Assembly (NCBI GenBank): GCA_026413945.1
Contig: JAOAJX010000009.1
Coordinates: 1-23,828, forward strand
Direction of reading: 5' to 3'
From: Candidatus Iainarchaeum sp.
GTDB taxonomy: Archaea > Iainarchaeota > Iainarchaeia > Iainarchaeales > DTGL01
Length of the DNA stretch: 23,828 nucleotides
In this document: piece by piece, positions 8,080-19,225 of the stretch
How the letters are laid out: each line of letters begins with the position of its first letter
Numbering within the stretch: the first letter of the stretch is position 1
Made by a program: the position numbers and the translations under genes
Notes under the pieces: generated by a model
The model's input: the letters and a program-made list of their open reading frames with translations, nothing else
What the model was told of the DNA's origin: nothing
Database searches by the model: none

Positions 8080-9066
8080 CTACCTATTTGCAAGAACATA
8101 AGAAAATATTAATGGTGCTACAATTGTTGCGTCGCTTTCTATTATAAATTTTGGAGTATCAACAGCCAACTTGCCCCAGGTTATTTTTTCATTTGGCACT
8201 GCACCGGAATATGAGCCATAGCTAGTTGTAGAGTCGCTTATTTGGCAAAAATAGCCCCACTTTTTAACCTTTTTGCCCAGATCCTGCTCAATCATTGGCA
8301 CAACACATATTGGAAAGTCGCCGGCTATGCCGCCACCTATTTGAAAGAACCCAATTGAGTTTCTTGCACTCGTTTCTAAGTACCATTTAGCTAACTCAAT
8401 CATATATTCTATACCGCTTCTTACTATATTCGGATTCTTTATATCGCCAGCAATACAATGAGCAGCAAATATGTTGCCAATTGTGGAATCTTCCCAGCCA
8501 GGTACGAAAAGCGGGATTCTCTTCTCATATGCTGCCAAAACCCAACTATCTTTTGGGTCTATTTGATAATATTTCTTCAATGTACCTTTTTCAAAAATTC
8601 TGTAAAAGAATTCGTGTGGCAAAAGCCGCATGTTTTTGCGCTCAGCGTCTCTCCATTCAGAAACTATCGCTTTCTCTATTCTGCGTATTGCTTCTTCTTC
8701 AGGTATACAAGTATCAGTAACACGGTTTAGGTGCTTTTTGTAAAGGCGCTCTTCATCAGCAGTGGAAAGCTGCCTATAGTTAGGCACATGTTCGTAAAAA
8801 TTGTGTGCTACGAGATTGAATATATCTTCTTCTAAATTGGCACCAGTACAAGAGATTGCATGAACTTTGTTTCTGCGGATCATCTCGGCAAGTGTTATTC
8901 CGAGCTCTGCAGTGCTCATTGCACCGGCTATTGCAATGAGCATCTTGCCGCCGCGCTTTATATGGCTAACATAAGCTTGAGAAGCAGCTTTCAGGGCATA
9001 AGCATTGAAATGCCTGAAGTTTCTATCAATGAATTCCTTTACTGCAAAATAATTTTGGCTAGCCAT
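8080..9066 (-). CDS. Deoxyhypusine synthase family protein (bacterial DHS-like class)
   Basis: AGAMSTAELG, CTGANLEED, NRVTDTCIPEE, PGWEDST, IGGGIAGDF and GSYSGAVPNEKITWGK (catalytic Lys), then SDATIVAP. Confidence 0.93.
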   Translation of the reverse strand: MASQNYFAVKEFIDRNFRHFNAYALKAASQAYVSHIKRGGKMLIAIAGAMSTAELGITLAEMIRRNKVHAISCTGANLEEDIFNLVAHNFYEHVPNYRQLSTADEERLYKKHLNRVTDTCIPEEEAIRRIEKAIVSEWRDAERKNMRLLPHEFFYRIFEKGTLKKYYQIDPKDSWVLAAYEKRIPLFVPGWEDSTIGNIFAAHCIAGDIKNPNIVRSGIEYMIELAKWYLETSARNSIGFFQIGGGIAGDFPICVVPMIEQDLGKKVKKWGYFCQISDSTTSYGSYSGAVPNEKITWGKLAVDTPKFIIESDATIVAPLIFSYVLANR

Positions 9067-9089
9067 ATTGAGATTATTTTATGTAAATT

Positions 9090-9104
9090 TTTATAAGATT
9101 ATTT
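9090..9104 (-). promoter_or_regulatory. Putative TATA promoter for a leaderless DHS-like/Nudix transcript
   Basis: Minus-strand AAATAAT-CTTATAAA ends 24 nt before ATG 9066. Confidence 0.55.
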
Positions 9105-9134
9105 GCAAGCTTCTAAAAAAGTTTTGCTAAATTT

Positions 9135-9791
9135 TCAAAATGCGCATTGCCTTAACTCTTTTTTTGCTTTAACCTTTTTCATGGAATAAAAAGCTTCTCT
9201 TTCTCTTTCCTCCAGCCTTTGCTCAATATATTTTTTAATCATCTCAAGATTTGGGATTATAACTTTTTCAAGAGAATTGACTTTTCTTTTTGTGCTTGCA
9301 ATCTCAAAGGAAAGTCTTGCAACAGCGGATTCTTTTTCAGCCAATGAGACAATTTTCTCAAGTGCTGATTCAAACTTCTCCGCTGATTCATCCAACACTG
9401 AGTTTGAGCTAATAAGAGAATAACCTCGCTCAAGAAGGTTTCTCTTTATGCCAGAAGCCCTGAGCACAGGCACCTTTGCACCCATTATATTTTTCTCTAA
9501 AATATTAAGCTCTGCTTGTGATGACATTGATGCACTTTCGGCAAAGGTCTCAAGGTTCAAAAGACCAAGTCTTGCTTGAGATATTGCAAGCGATTCAAAA
9601 GCAGTACCCAGCAAGCTTTCTGTTTCAGAGCGAAGCTGCTTTGCAAATTTCATTTCCTTGTAGAATTCGCTAAAAAGAGCATCCCTTTTTTCCTTAAGAA
9701 GCTTGTGGCCTTTTCTTGCAAGCTCAATCCTCTTTCTAAGCTTCAACAATTCCATTCTTGTAGGCTTTACATTCAAAAGCACAAGGATCAC
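9135..9791 (-). CDS. atpD: A/V-type ATP synthase subunit D
   Basis: [12 protein letters not shown]...[34 protein letters not shown] and LEERERE. Last gene of the operon. Exact start uncertain by a few codons. Confidence 0.96.
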   Translation of the reverse strand: MILVLLNVKPTRMELLKLRKRIELARKGHKLLKEKRDALFSEFYKEMKFAKQLRSETESLLGTAFESLAISQARLGLLNLETFAESASMSSQAELNILEKNIMGAKVPVLRASGIKRNLLERGYSLISSNSVLDESAEKFESALEKIVSLAEKESAVARLSFEIASTKRKVNSLEKVIIPNLEMIKKYIEQRLEEREREAFYSMKKVKAKKELRQCAF

Positions 9792-11230
9792 TTTTTGCTT
9801 TTATGCTTTTTGGATATTTTGCTATCTTTTTCCAGATTTTTTTCTTCAAATGATTTTGTTTTACCAGGCAGGTATTTTTCAATATATTTTGGATTAATCC
9901 TTTTGAGTTCGCTTTCAGGTATTATTTTGAAAAGGTTCCATGCAATATCAAGGGTTTTTTCAATAGGGCGATCTTCGTTGAAATCTTGTGCTATGAATAA
10001 TTTTTCAAATTGCCCAGCAAACTCGAGAAACTTCTTGTCACGTTCGCTTAGGGCATCCTCACCAACAACCGCAACTAAATCTTTCTTATCCATGCCTTCT
10101 GAATAAGCAGCATAAAGCTGGTTTGAAACATCTGCATGATCTTCTCTTGTTTTACCTGGGCCTATGCCTTTCGACATGAGCCTACTAAGTGAAGGCCTTG
10201 GATCTATTGGTGGATAAATGCCTTGTCTGTGCAGCGACCTACTTAAAACAATTTGGCCTTCGGTTATATACCCGGTGTTGTCTGGAATCGGGTGTGTTTT
10301 ATCATCGTCAGGCATAGAAAGTATGGGAAGCTGTGTTATTGAACCTGGCAATCCTTTTATACGGCCTGCTCTTTCATAGATAGATGCCAAATCAGTGTAC
10401 ATATACCCAGGATAGCCGCGCCTTCCGGGAACTTCTTCTCTTGCAGAACTTATCTCTCTTAATGCCTCACAATAATTAGACATATCAGAAAGTATAACAA
10501 GAACATGCATCCCTTTGTCAAATGCCAAAAACTCGGCTGTAGTCAAAGCAATTCTTGGAGTTATAAGGCGCTCTATAGCCGGGTCGTCTGCAAAGTTTAA
10601 GAAGAGAACAACCCTTTCTAATGCACTTGTCTTCTCAAATTCTTCACGAAAGAAGTTTGCTTCCTCATGGGTTACACCCATTGCACCGAAAACTATTGCA
10701 AACTTTTCATTTTCGCCAAGAACTTTCGCTTGCCTCACGATCTGCGCAGCTAATTTATTGTGTGGTAAACCTGCGCCTGAGAATATGGGGAGCTTTTGTC
10801 CTCTTACAAGAGTGTTCATGCAGTCAATAGTGCTTATTCCTGTTTGTATAAAGTCACTAGGGTTATCTCTGCTTGTTGGATTTATCGCTAAACCATTTAT
10901 ATCAAGCTCTTTCTCGCCTAATATCTCTGGGCCGCCATCGATGGGTTTGCCTATGCCATTGAAAATCCTACCAAGCATATCTAAACCAACTTTAAGCATA
11001 AAAGTTTTGCCTAGGAACTTAACACTGGAATTTTTAGTATCAATACCAGATGTTCCTTCAAAAACTTGCACTACCGCCATGTCTTCAGTAACCTCTAAAA
11101 CTTGCCCATTTTTTACTGAAGAATCAGGAAGCTTTATTTGAACTATTTCCTGAAACTTAACGCCTTTTGTATTCTTTACAAAAATCAATGGTCCAAAAGC
11201 CCTCTCAATAGTGCGATATTCCTTAATCAT
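9788..11230 (-). CDS. atpB: A/V-type ATP synthase subunit B
   Basis: [41 protein letters not shown] and THPIPD. SD GAGGTG upstream. Confidence 0.98.
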   Translation of the reverse strand: MIKEYRTIERAFGPLIFVKNTKGVKFQEIVQIKLPDSSVKNGQVLEVTEDMAVVQVFEGTSGIDTKNSSVKFLGKTFMLKVGLDMLGRIFNGIGKPIDGGPEILGEKELDINGLAINPTSRDNPSDFIQTGISTIDCMNTLVRGQKLPIFSGAGLPHNKLAAQIVRQAKVLGENEKFAIVFGAMGVTHEEANFFREEFEKTSALERVVLFLNFADDPAIERLITPRIALTTAEFLAFDKGMHVLVILSDMSNYCEALREISSAREEVPGRRGYPGYMYTDLASIYERAGRIKGLPGSITQLPILSMPDDDKTHPIPDNTGYITEGQIVLSRSLHRQGIYPPIDPRPSLSRLMSKGIGPGKTREDHADVSNQLYAAYSEGMDKKDLVAVVGEDALSERDKKFLEFAGQFEKLFIAQDFNEDRPIEKTLDIAWNLFKIIPESELKRINPKYIEKYLPGKTKSFEEKNLEKDSKISKKHKSKK

Positions 11231-12991
11231 TCAGCCCACCTCTTTTTTCAGATTTTTTTCTTTTCTTGCAATCTCTTCAAACTCCTTTGTGATGAGGCTC
11301 ATAGTATAATTAAGCTCAGCATCGAATTCTTTATTTGGCACATACTTGAGTCTTGCAATTCTTTTCATTGAGTCAAGTCTGCCTATTTCTTCATGAGTTA
11401 TTGTATCTATAGACATTGCCTTTTCTTCAAAAAGAAGTATTGCCTTAACCATGCCAAGTTGTTTTTGCAAAGAGCAATAGGTATCAATCTCATTATATGC
11501 ATTTTGTTGCAGGAAATCCTCTCTGATCATCCTTGCAATTTCAAGAAGTATGCGGTCCTTTTGAGGCAGAGCATCAGGCCCTACTATCTGAACTATCTCT
11601 AAAAGTTGTGATTCTTTCTGTAGCAATTCCATTATCTTGGCTCTTGCTCTTGGCCATTCCTTTGAGACATTTTTCTCGGCCCACTGACCAACTTCGTCAA
11701 CATACAAAGAGTAAGATGAAAGCCAGTTTATAGAAGGAAAATGACGCCTTTCACTAAGAGCAGCATCTAATGCCCAAAAAACTTTTGTAATGCGCAAAGT
11801 GTTCTGTGTTACCGGTTCTGAAAAGTCACCCCCTGGTGGAGAAACTGCACCTATTGCGCTAATTGAACCGATGTCACCATTTAATGTCCTTACAAGGCCT
11901 GCTCTCTCATAAAATTCAGCAATTCGGCTTCCGAGGTAAGCGGGATAGCCTTCTTCACCTGGCATTTCTTCAAGTCTTGAAGAAACTTCCCTTAAGGCTT
12001 CAGCCCAACGTGAAGTAGAGTCTGCCATAAGTGCAACGTTATAACCTTGATCCCTATAATATTCAGCTATTGTTATGCCGGTGTAAATAGATGCTTCTCT
12101 TGCTGCTACAGGCATGTTTGATGTGTTGGCTATAAGCACAGTTCTATTCATGAGCGGCTTATCTGTCCTTGGGTCCTTAAGCCTTGGAAATTCAGTTAGA
12201 ACATCTGTCATTTCGTTGCCGCGCTCACCACAGCCAACGTAAACTATTATTTCAGCATCAGCCCATTTTGCAAGTTGGTGCTGCATTACGGTTTTGCCTG
12301 AGCCGAAAGGCCCTGGGATGCTTGCGGTACCGCCTTTCGGCACTGGAAAAAGGAAGTCAACAACTCTTTGGCCAGTTACAAGAAGCTCAGAAGGGCTCAG
12401 CTTCTCGAGATAAGGTCTTTTTTGCTTTGCAGGCCATTCTTGCATTAGCTTCACTTCAACGCCATCAACCTTGCATATCACATCATTTACAGAGAAATCA
12501 CCCTCGCTAATATCAGAAATTTTTCCATTGAGTTTAACAGGAACTAGAATTTTATGAACTATTGATTCAGTTTCATTAACTGTGCCTATAACTTGCCCTC
12601 CGCGAACAATAGAGCCGTTCTTGATAGTAGGTTTAAAATGCCATTTTTTATTGCGACTTAAAGCAGGTGCTGTCAAGCCGCGTGCTATAAAATTACCGCT
12701 TTTTTCTCTTATAACTTCAAGCGGCCTTTGGACTCCGTCATAGATGCTACCCAAAAGGCCAGGCCCTAGCTCAATGCTAAGGGGCTTCCCAGTGCATTCT
12801 ACTGGCTCACCTGGCATTAAGCCGGCTGTCTCCTCATAAACTTGTATTGTTGCCAGGTCCTTTTCTAAGCGTATTATTTCTCCGAAAAGTTTTTCGTTTC
12901 CAACCTTCACGACTTCGTTTACTTTTGCACCAATGATGTTTTTTGCTTCAACAACAGGTCCAGAAATTTTAGTTATTATTGGCATTTCCAT
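11231..12991 (-). CDS. atpA: A/V-type ATP synthase subunit A (catalytic), no intein
   Basis: Walker [45 protein letters not shown] and [22 protein letters not shown]. Confidence 0.98.
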   Translation of the reverse strand: MEMPIITKISGPVVEAKNIIGAKVNEVVKVGNEKLFGEIIRLEKDLATIQVYEETAGLMPGEPVECTGKPLSIELGPGLLGSIYDGVQRPLEVIREKSGNFIARGLTAPALSRNKKWHFKPTIKNGSIVRGGQVIGTVNETESIVHKILVPVKLNGKISDISEGDFSVNDVICKVDGVEVKLMQEWPAKQKRPYLEKLSPSELLVTGQRVVDFLFPVPKGGTASIPGPFGSGKTVMQHQLAKWADAEIIVYVGCGERGNEMTDVLTEFPRLKDPRTDKPLMNRTVLIANTSNMPVAAREASIYTGITIAEYYRDQGYNVALMADSTSRWAEALREVSSRLEEMPGEEGYPAYLGSRIAEFYERAGLVRTLNGDIGSISAIGAVSPPGGDFSEPVTQNTLRITKVFWALDAALSERRHFPSINWLSSYSLYVDEVGQWAEKNVSKEWPRARAKIMELLQKESQLLEIVQIVGPDALPQKDRILLEIARMIREDFLQQNAYNEIDTYCSLQKQLGMVKAILLFEEKAMSIDTITHEEIGRLDSMKRIARLKYVPNKEFDAELNYTMSLITKEFEEIARKEKNLKKEVG

Positions 12992-12995
12992 AACT

Positions 12996-13334
12996 TCACC
13001 TCTTTTTGATACCAGATGCCCACCTTACAACCAAGTCAAATATTTGAGAGCCTTGTTCGTGCTTCCATGAAGGAATTTGAATTATAACTGGCTTCCTATT
13101 TTGCTCGATAAATAAAAGGATCTCTTTTAGTATTTTATTGCAAGAACTATCAATTATGACAAGGCCTGTGTCTTGCTCTGAAACAATTGAATGGAATTGT
13201 TTCAAAAGCCCAATTTCATTTTCATCTGCAACAAATGTTTTTTTTAAACCAGCAAGCTTGAAACCAATCACTGTCTTTTCGTCGCCCAAAACAGCGACTT
13301 TAAAATTGTGTCCAAAATCTTGCAATTGAGCCAT
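12996..13334 (-). CDS. atpF: A/V-type ATP synthase subunit F
   Basis: KVAVLGDEKTVIGFKLAG and PVIIQIP, located between subunits C and A. ATG 13334 preferred over the track's GTG 13343. Confidence 0.93.
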   Translation of the reverse strand: MAQLQDFGHNFKVAVLGDEKTVIGFKLAGLKKTFVADENEIGLLKQFHSIVSEQDTGLVIIDSSCNKILKEILLFIEQNRKPVIIQIPSWKHEQGSQIFDLVVRWASGIKKR

Positions 13335-13335
13335 A

Positions 13336-14472
13336 TCACACACCTAAAGCAACTTCACATATCTTATCTTTTGGCAACCCAAGGCGAATACTATTTAGTA
13401 TTGCTCTGATATTAAGTATTTCTGTTTCTTTGAGGGCAAGATAACATGCAATTGGCGTTAAACCAAAAGGTTGCCTAAGATAATAAGATTTTATTAATTG
13501 TATCCAAAAATCATCAAGTGACTTTTCTATTTGGCTCAGAGAGTTTTTTGCATCAAAATTGCGCAATTTTTCTGCTAAGATATTGTGATATGGGGTTCCA
13601 TCAATAGCACTTAGCACTGCATTAATATCTTGTGCTTCTATTATGGCTTCAAGACGGGCACCAACAATATAATAGCCATTTTTGATAACAAGAGGCCTGA
13701 GTTTATCACCTTTAATTCCATCTCTAAGGCATCTTAAAACAATCTTTAAATTCGTTAAGTCAGCCTGCGTTCCATAAATTTTATCCAAATACTGGAAGTC
13801 CTGCATAATACCTGCTTTCCGTGCTGCTTCAAGAATTCTTTTTCTGCCAATCGCCTTTTCAAAAATATATCTATCAATTTCTTTCTGTAAACTGATTGCA
13901 GATGTATCTAACGGCAAAGATTCTGCAAATTCCCTATAGGATGTCGCCTTCAGGAGTTCAATAATCTCGGTTATTGATTCGGCTTCATTCACCTTTTGAA
14001 GAAAGGCCTCTGAGAGAAGCCCTGGATAAAATTCAATGGCAGCTGACCTAGTTTCTTTAGATGCAATAATAATCCTTATATTTTCAAGATCATACCTGGC
14101 ACAGAGAAGCTTGAAAAACGGCTCTGCCTTTTTTGGGCAGCTCCTTACTATCGTGCGATAGTCGTTAGCCAAGTTCAAGGAAAGCGCCTTTTCTATCTTT
14201 AAAAGGTCTGTTTTGCCAGCTACATACTGCTCGTAAGAAGTGCCTTCAAAGGAGCTTATCACTTCATTAATGTTATTGGCATCATAAAGTTCGCTTATTT
14301 TTTCAGGACCGAGCATCTTGCCATGCATAACTCTTACCCTTGATGAAACATAAGCATAGTCAGCTATTTGCATAGCACGCCTAATTAGGAAAAAGAGTGT
14401 AGCAGCAGCTATGAAAAAAACCCAGAGAAGAGGGTTTTCAACCAGCAGCAAAACAACAAAGAACAGCACCAA
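13336..14472 (-). CDS. atpC: A/V-type ATP synthase subunit C (d-like) with hydrophobic N-terminal extension
   Basis: YAYVSSRVRVM, YDLENI, DLTNLKIVLR and YLALKETEILNIRAI. TTG 14472 follows SD GGTGA (the track uses GTG 14481). Confidence 0.93.
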   Translation of the reverse strand: MVLFFVVLLLVENPLLWVFFIAAATLFFLIRRAMQIADYAYVSSRVRVMHGKMLGPEKISELYDANNINEVISSFEGTSYEQYVAGKTDLLKIEKALSLNLANDYRTIVRSCPKKAEPFFKLLCARYDLENIRIIIASKETRSAAIEFYPGLLSEAFLQKVNEAESITEIIELLKATSYREFAESLPLDTSAISLQKEIDRYIFEKAIGRKRILEAARKAGIMQDFQYLDKIYGTQADLTNLKIVLRCLRDGIKGDKLRPLVIKNGYYIVGARLEAIIEAQDINAVLSAIDGTPYHNILAEKLRNFDAKNSLSQIEKSLDDFWIQLIKSYYLRQPFGLTPIACYLALKETEILNIRAILNSIRLGLPKDKICEVALGV

Positions 14473-14473
14473 T

Positions 14474-15043
14474 CTACTCACCGAGCTCTTTTACCATAGC
14501 CTTTTTAATTTCATGAATTTTTTCATCTAGAAGTGCTGAAAAGGTGCAGTCAATTATAATGCTTCCAGTTTTGTTTTTGACTATAGCCCCTGGACCGAGA
14601 GATTTTGTTTTTACAATCTTAACCTGCTTATCCATTAGTGCTTTGCTCACCATATCAAAATCTTCTGGTTGGCACTCTACTGTAATCTCTTCATCAGGCA
14701 TTTGGTCAATGGCTTCGAGAAGCATTTTGCTGAGCTTTTGCTCGTATGTCTTTTCCTTCCTCAACTCTGCAAGATTATCTCTAACATCGTTTATTATTTC
14801 ACTAAGTTTTTTATCGAGAAGAGCCATACGCTCTTTTTTCGTGGAAAGCAAAGCCCTTGAAACTGAACGCTTTTCTTCAATCGCAGCTTCTTTTTCAGCG
14901 AGAGAAATGATTTCAGCTGCAAGCCGCTTTGCCTCTTTTAAGGCCTGGTCTTTTATTGTTCCCGCTTCTTTTTCGCACGCTTGCTCTAATGCCTTCGCTT
15001 TTCTTTGCGCGTCGGCCCTTATTTTTTCTATTATTGGCTGCAT
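14474..15043 (-). CDS. atpE: A/V-type ATP synthase subunit E
   Basis: N-terminal Ala/Glu/Lys coiled coil and C-terminal GAIV....IIIDCTF. Located between K and C, with SD GGTGA. Confidence 0.9.
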   Translation of the reverse strand: MQPIIEKIRADAQRKAKALEQACEKEAGTIKDQALKEAKRLAAEIISLAEKEAAIEEKRSVSRALLSTKKERMALLDKKLSEIINDVRDNLAELRKEKTYEQKLSKMLLEAIDQMPDEEITVECQPEDFDMVSKALMDKQVKIVKTKSLGPGAIVKNKTGSIIIDCTFSALLDEKIHEIKKAMVKELGE

Positions 15044-15072
15044 TTCACCACGCTTGCTTTTTTTCAGTTACT

Positions 15073-15330
15073 CTAAAAAGCCCCTGCGCCAGAAGCCACA
15101 ACGAAGATTATCAGGATTGCTATTACAAAGCCGTAGATTGCTTGTGTCTCCGATATTGCCGTAAGCACCAGCATCTTTCCGAAGCTGTAATCTTTTTCAG
15201 CTACTCCACCAACTGCTGCAGCAGCTGTTATTCCTTGTCCAAGACCCGAGCCGGCAGCAGCTATTCCAACAGCTAGGCCTGCTCCAACCATCATAAGGCC
15301 TAATGCATTCATCGTTGCTGGATCCGCCAC
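15073..15330 (-). CDS. atpK: A/V-type ATP synthase proteolipid subunit K (c), single hairpin, Na+-type motif
   Basis: GAGLAVGIAAAGSGLGQG and ETQAIYG. GTG start after SD GGAGGTG. Confidence 0.96.
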   Translation of the reverse strand: MADPATMNALGLMMVGAGLAVGIAAAGSGLGQGITAAAAVGGVAEKDYSFGKMLVLTAISETQAIYGFVIAILIIFVVASGAGAF

Positions 15331-15332
15331 AA

Positions 15333-17291
15333 TTACACCTCCTTTTTTTCAGTAATTTTTCTTGGGAAGTAAAATGGCTTAAATTCCTTCCCATTGCCTG
15401 AGTAGAAAAACGAAAAGAACTCAACGAAGTGAAGTCTTAAAGGATGTATAAAAGAAGAGAGCACATTGAAAAGAAGGTTTGCGAAGTGTCCAAAAACAAG
15501 AAATATTATTCCTAAAGCAAGGCCAAAAATTGGAACTGCAAATAATAGCTGTGCAAGAATGTTTATTGACATTGCTATTGCAAATGTCGAAATGCTCAAA
15601 ACCATTATCCTGGAGTAAGAAAGCACATTGCCCAAAAAGCCAGTGATCTTCATTAAGCCAAGTGGGCCTGAAGATGCAAAAAGCAAAGCTAATGCCGTTA
15701 TTATCAAAAATATGCCTCCAAGCTGTAAAGCTTGAATGCTTGGGAACAAAAAGCTTGCTGCATAAAAAGCAAGGCCTGTTTCAAGCACAAAATAAACCAT
15801 CTTATCGGCAAGGGCCATCTTATAATTCTTCTTCCTAATATCTTCGATAAGCCCAAGAAGTATTGCAAAGTTTAAGTGCAATAAACCAACTGCCCACATC
15901 GAGCCAATGAAAAGCAAGGCATAGCTTTGGCCTGAAGGCGCTTTTGAAAAAAGATCTATAATTGCAAGTTTCTTCATGCTTTCGCCGCCAAGGTCACCAA
16001 AAAAGCCACCAAATATGAAGCCAAACAGTATAGTTGTTACTGCTCCATGTATTAGCACATTGGAAAGACACTGCATAGAAAAGCTACGCTTTGCATAAGT
16101 GAAGCGAATTATCAACATGGCTGCTAAAAAAACAATGCCATAGCCTACGTCGGAAAAAGCAAGCCCAAAAAGTATTGGGTAAAGAATGCCTATGAATACA
16201 GTTGGATCAATTGAATTATATTCTGGCAATCCATAAAGTTTAAGCAGAAACTCATAGTTCTTAAAATAACTATTGTGCTTGAGCATAACAGGGGCTTCTT
16301 CTTCTGAAAAACTGGCTTTTTCAACATAGAAGCGGCCTTTTGTTGCCTTATTCAACTTTTGCATGAAGCGACTTTCTAACTCGGCAGGAACAAATGCTTC
16401 AAATAAAGTTGTATTTTCAGTGCGCCCAAAAAGCTGCAAAGCTTTTTCCTTTGCTTTTTCAATCTCAAGCATTTCCTGTAGCACAAGAACTTTTCCCAAA
16501 AATTTCTTTTCAAGTAAGCGACACTCTTTTATTATTTTTTCTTTCTCCTTTTCAAGACAGCTTATCTCTTTTTCAATTCCCCTTATGGCATCACTTGGTC
16601 GCAAATCTGCTTTCGAAAAGACAAGGCGCTCAAAGCCAATTTTCCTCAGCTTGGGAAAAATAAGGTTATAAGCATCGACATCAATTAAAAAAAGAACAGT
16701 TTTTTCTTCAGATCCAACTATTTTTAACAATCTTGCGTATTCAGTACTATTCAAAATTTCAACAAACTCATCCTCAAACTCTGGTGCAATTTGGCCAACA
16801 ATAATTTCAAAGGGCCCATACCTTGATATTAAGTTCGGTTCTACCTCAAGCCTAGCTATTGCATTTAATATTTCTTTTTCTTTTGCCAAAGCAGATTTTT
16901 TTTCGCTAATATCTTTAAGCCTTTGCTCCATCACCTCAACCCTATTGAACAAGGGCTCTAGAAATGAATTTATCTGCCGTTTAAGCTCGCTTTGGCTGAT
17001 ATGTTCAAATTTTGGCTCTCCGTCCACAAAAAAGAACGACTTTATCTTTTCCCCTAAAGTGGGTTCTTTTGAATATGCTCGCAAAAAAGAAACTACTTTC
17101 CTTGCGCGGATAAGATGATAGGATACAAACTTCTCCCTTTCAGAGGCATCAAAGGACGAGATGCCTTTTAAAGTAGTGTCTACTTTTCTAAACTCAAGAA
17201 GCGGTTCATCTTTGAAAGAATCCAACATTGATTGAATATCTGAAGAGAGCAGCAATACATTAAACTTTTTCATCCTTGCGGGCTTAAGCAT
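15333..17291 (-). CDS. atpI: A/V-type ATP synthase subunit I (a)
   Basis: MLKPARM start, YGLPEY..IDPT, FGLAFSDVGYG, SYSR (essential Arg) and LRLHFVEFF. Confidence 0.96.
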   Translation of the reverse strand: MLKPARMKKFNVLLLSSDIQSMLDSFKDEPLLEFRKVDTTLKGISSFDASEREKFVSYHLIRARKVVSFLRAYSKEPTLGEKIKSFFFVDGEPKFEHISQSELKRQINSFLEPLFNRVEVMEQRLKDISEKKSALAKEKEILNAIARLEVEPNLISRYGPFEIIVGQIAPEFEDEFVEILNSTEYARLLKIVGSEEKTVLFLIDVDAYNLIFPKLRKIGFERLVFSKADLRPSDAIRGIEKEISCLEKEKEKIIKECRLLEKKFLGKVLVLQEMLEIEKAKEKALQLFGRTENTTLFEAFVPAELESRFMQKLNKATKGRFYVEKASFSEEEAPVMLKHNSYFKNYEFLLKLYGLPEYNSIDPTVFIGILYPILFGLAFSDVGYGIVFLAAMLIIRFTYAKRSFSMQCLSNVLIHGAVTTILFGFIFGGFFGDLGGESMKKLAIIDLFSKAPSGQSYALLFIGSMWAVGLLHLNFAILLGLIEDIRKKNYKMALADKMVYFVLETGLAFYAASFLFPSIQALQLGGIFLIITALALLFASSGPLGLMKITGFLGNVLSYSRIMVLSISTFAIAMSINILAQLLFAVPIFGLALGIIFLVFGHFANLLFNVLSSFIHPLRLHFVEFFSFFYSGNGKEFKPFYFPRKITEKKEV

Positions 17292-17592
17292 TGAGCAACA
17301 CCTTGAATGCTATCTTCTTCAAAAACTCTTTTTTTTCCTCAATTTTCTTCTCAAGCGATTTCATTTCTAAAGCAGCTTTTGCATTGATTTTCTCAGCTTC
17401 TTCTTTGCCTTTTCTCCTACCGTTTTCAACAATGCTTGCGTGCATCTTTTCAGCATCAACCCTGGCTTTTATCAAAATTTCTTCTGCCTCTGCCCTCGCT
17501 TGCTTTATTCTGCTCTCACATCGCTTCTCAGCATTTGCCACGAGAGCAAGACTTTCTGATTCAACTTGCTTTATTTTTTTAAGGACTTCCAT
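17284..17592 (-). CDS. atpH: A/V-type ATP synthase subunit H (G-like peripheral stalk)
   Basis: About 100-aa all-helical E/K/A-rich protein (MEVLKKIKQVE...) at the head of the operon, overlapping the atpI start. ATG 17592 preferred over the track's 17613. Confidence 0.88.
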   Translation of the reverse strand: MEVLKKIKQVESESLALVANAEKRCESRIKQARAEAEEILIKARVDAEKMHASIVENGRRKGKEEAEKINAKAALEMKSLEKKIEEKKEFLKKIAFKVLLNA

Positions 17593-17691
17593 ACCATCAA
17601 CCAAAGAACACAAATGAGATGAATCAACCCAAAACGCTCAAAAGAGGATTTTATGGTGATTTTTATTGTAAATATTTTTTCTTTGAGGAAG

Positions 17692-17706
17692 TTTATAAAG
17701 CTATTG
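17692..17706 (-). promoter_or_regulatory. Putative TATA promoter of the ATP synthase operon
   Basis: Minus-strand CAATAGC-TTTATAAA, about 100 nt upstream of atpH, in the divergent intergenic region. Confidence 0.5.
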
Positions 17707-17758
17707 TTGCTCGTATGCCAACTCTCTTGAAAAAAAAACAAAATTAAGCCATCTTAAC

Positions 17759-19224
<1,466 letters not shown>

Positions 19225-19225
19225 T

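Noticed and set aside
9788-12991. Inteins in AtpA/AtpB, and the Lys-rich C-terminal tail of AtpB
   Set aside because: Lengths are normal and the motifs are contiguous. Short basic tails are common at overlapping gene ends.
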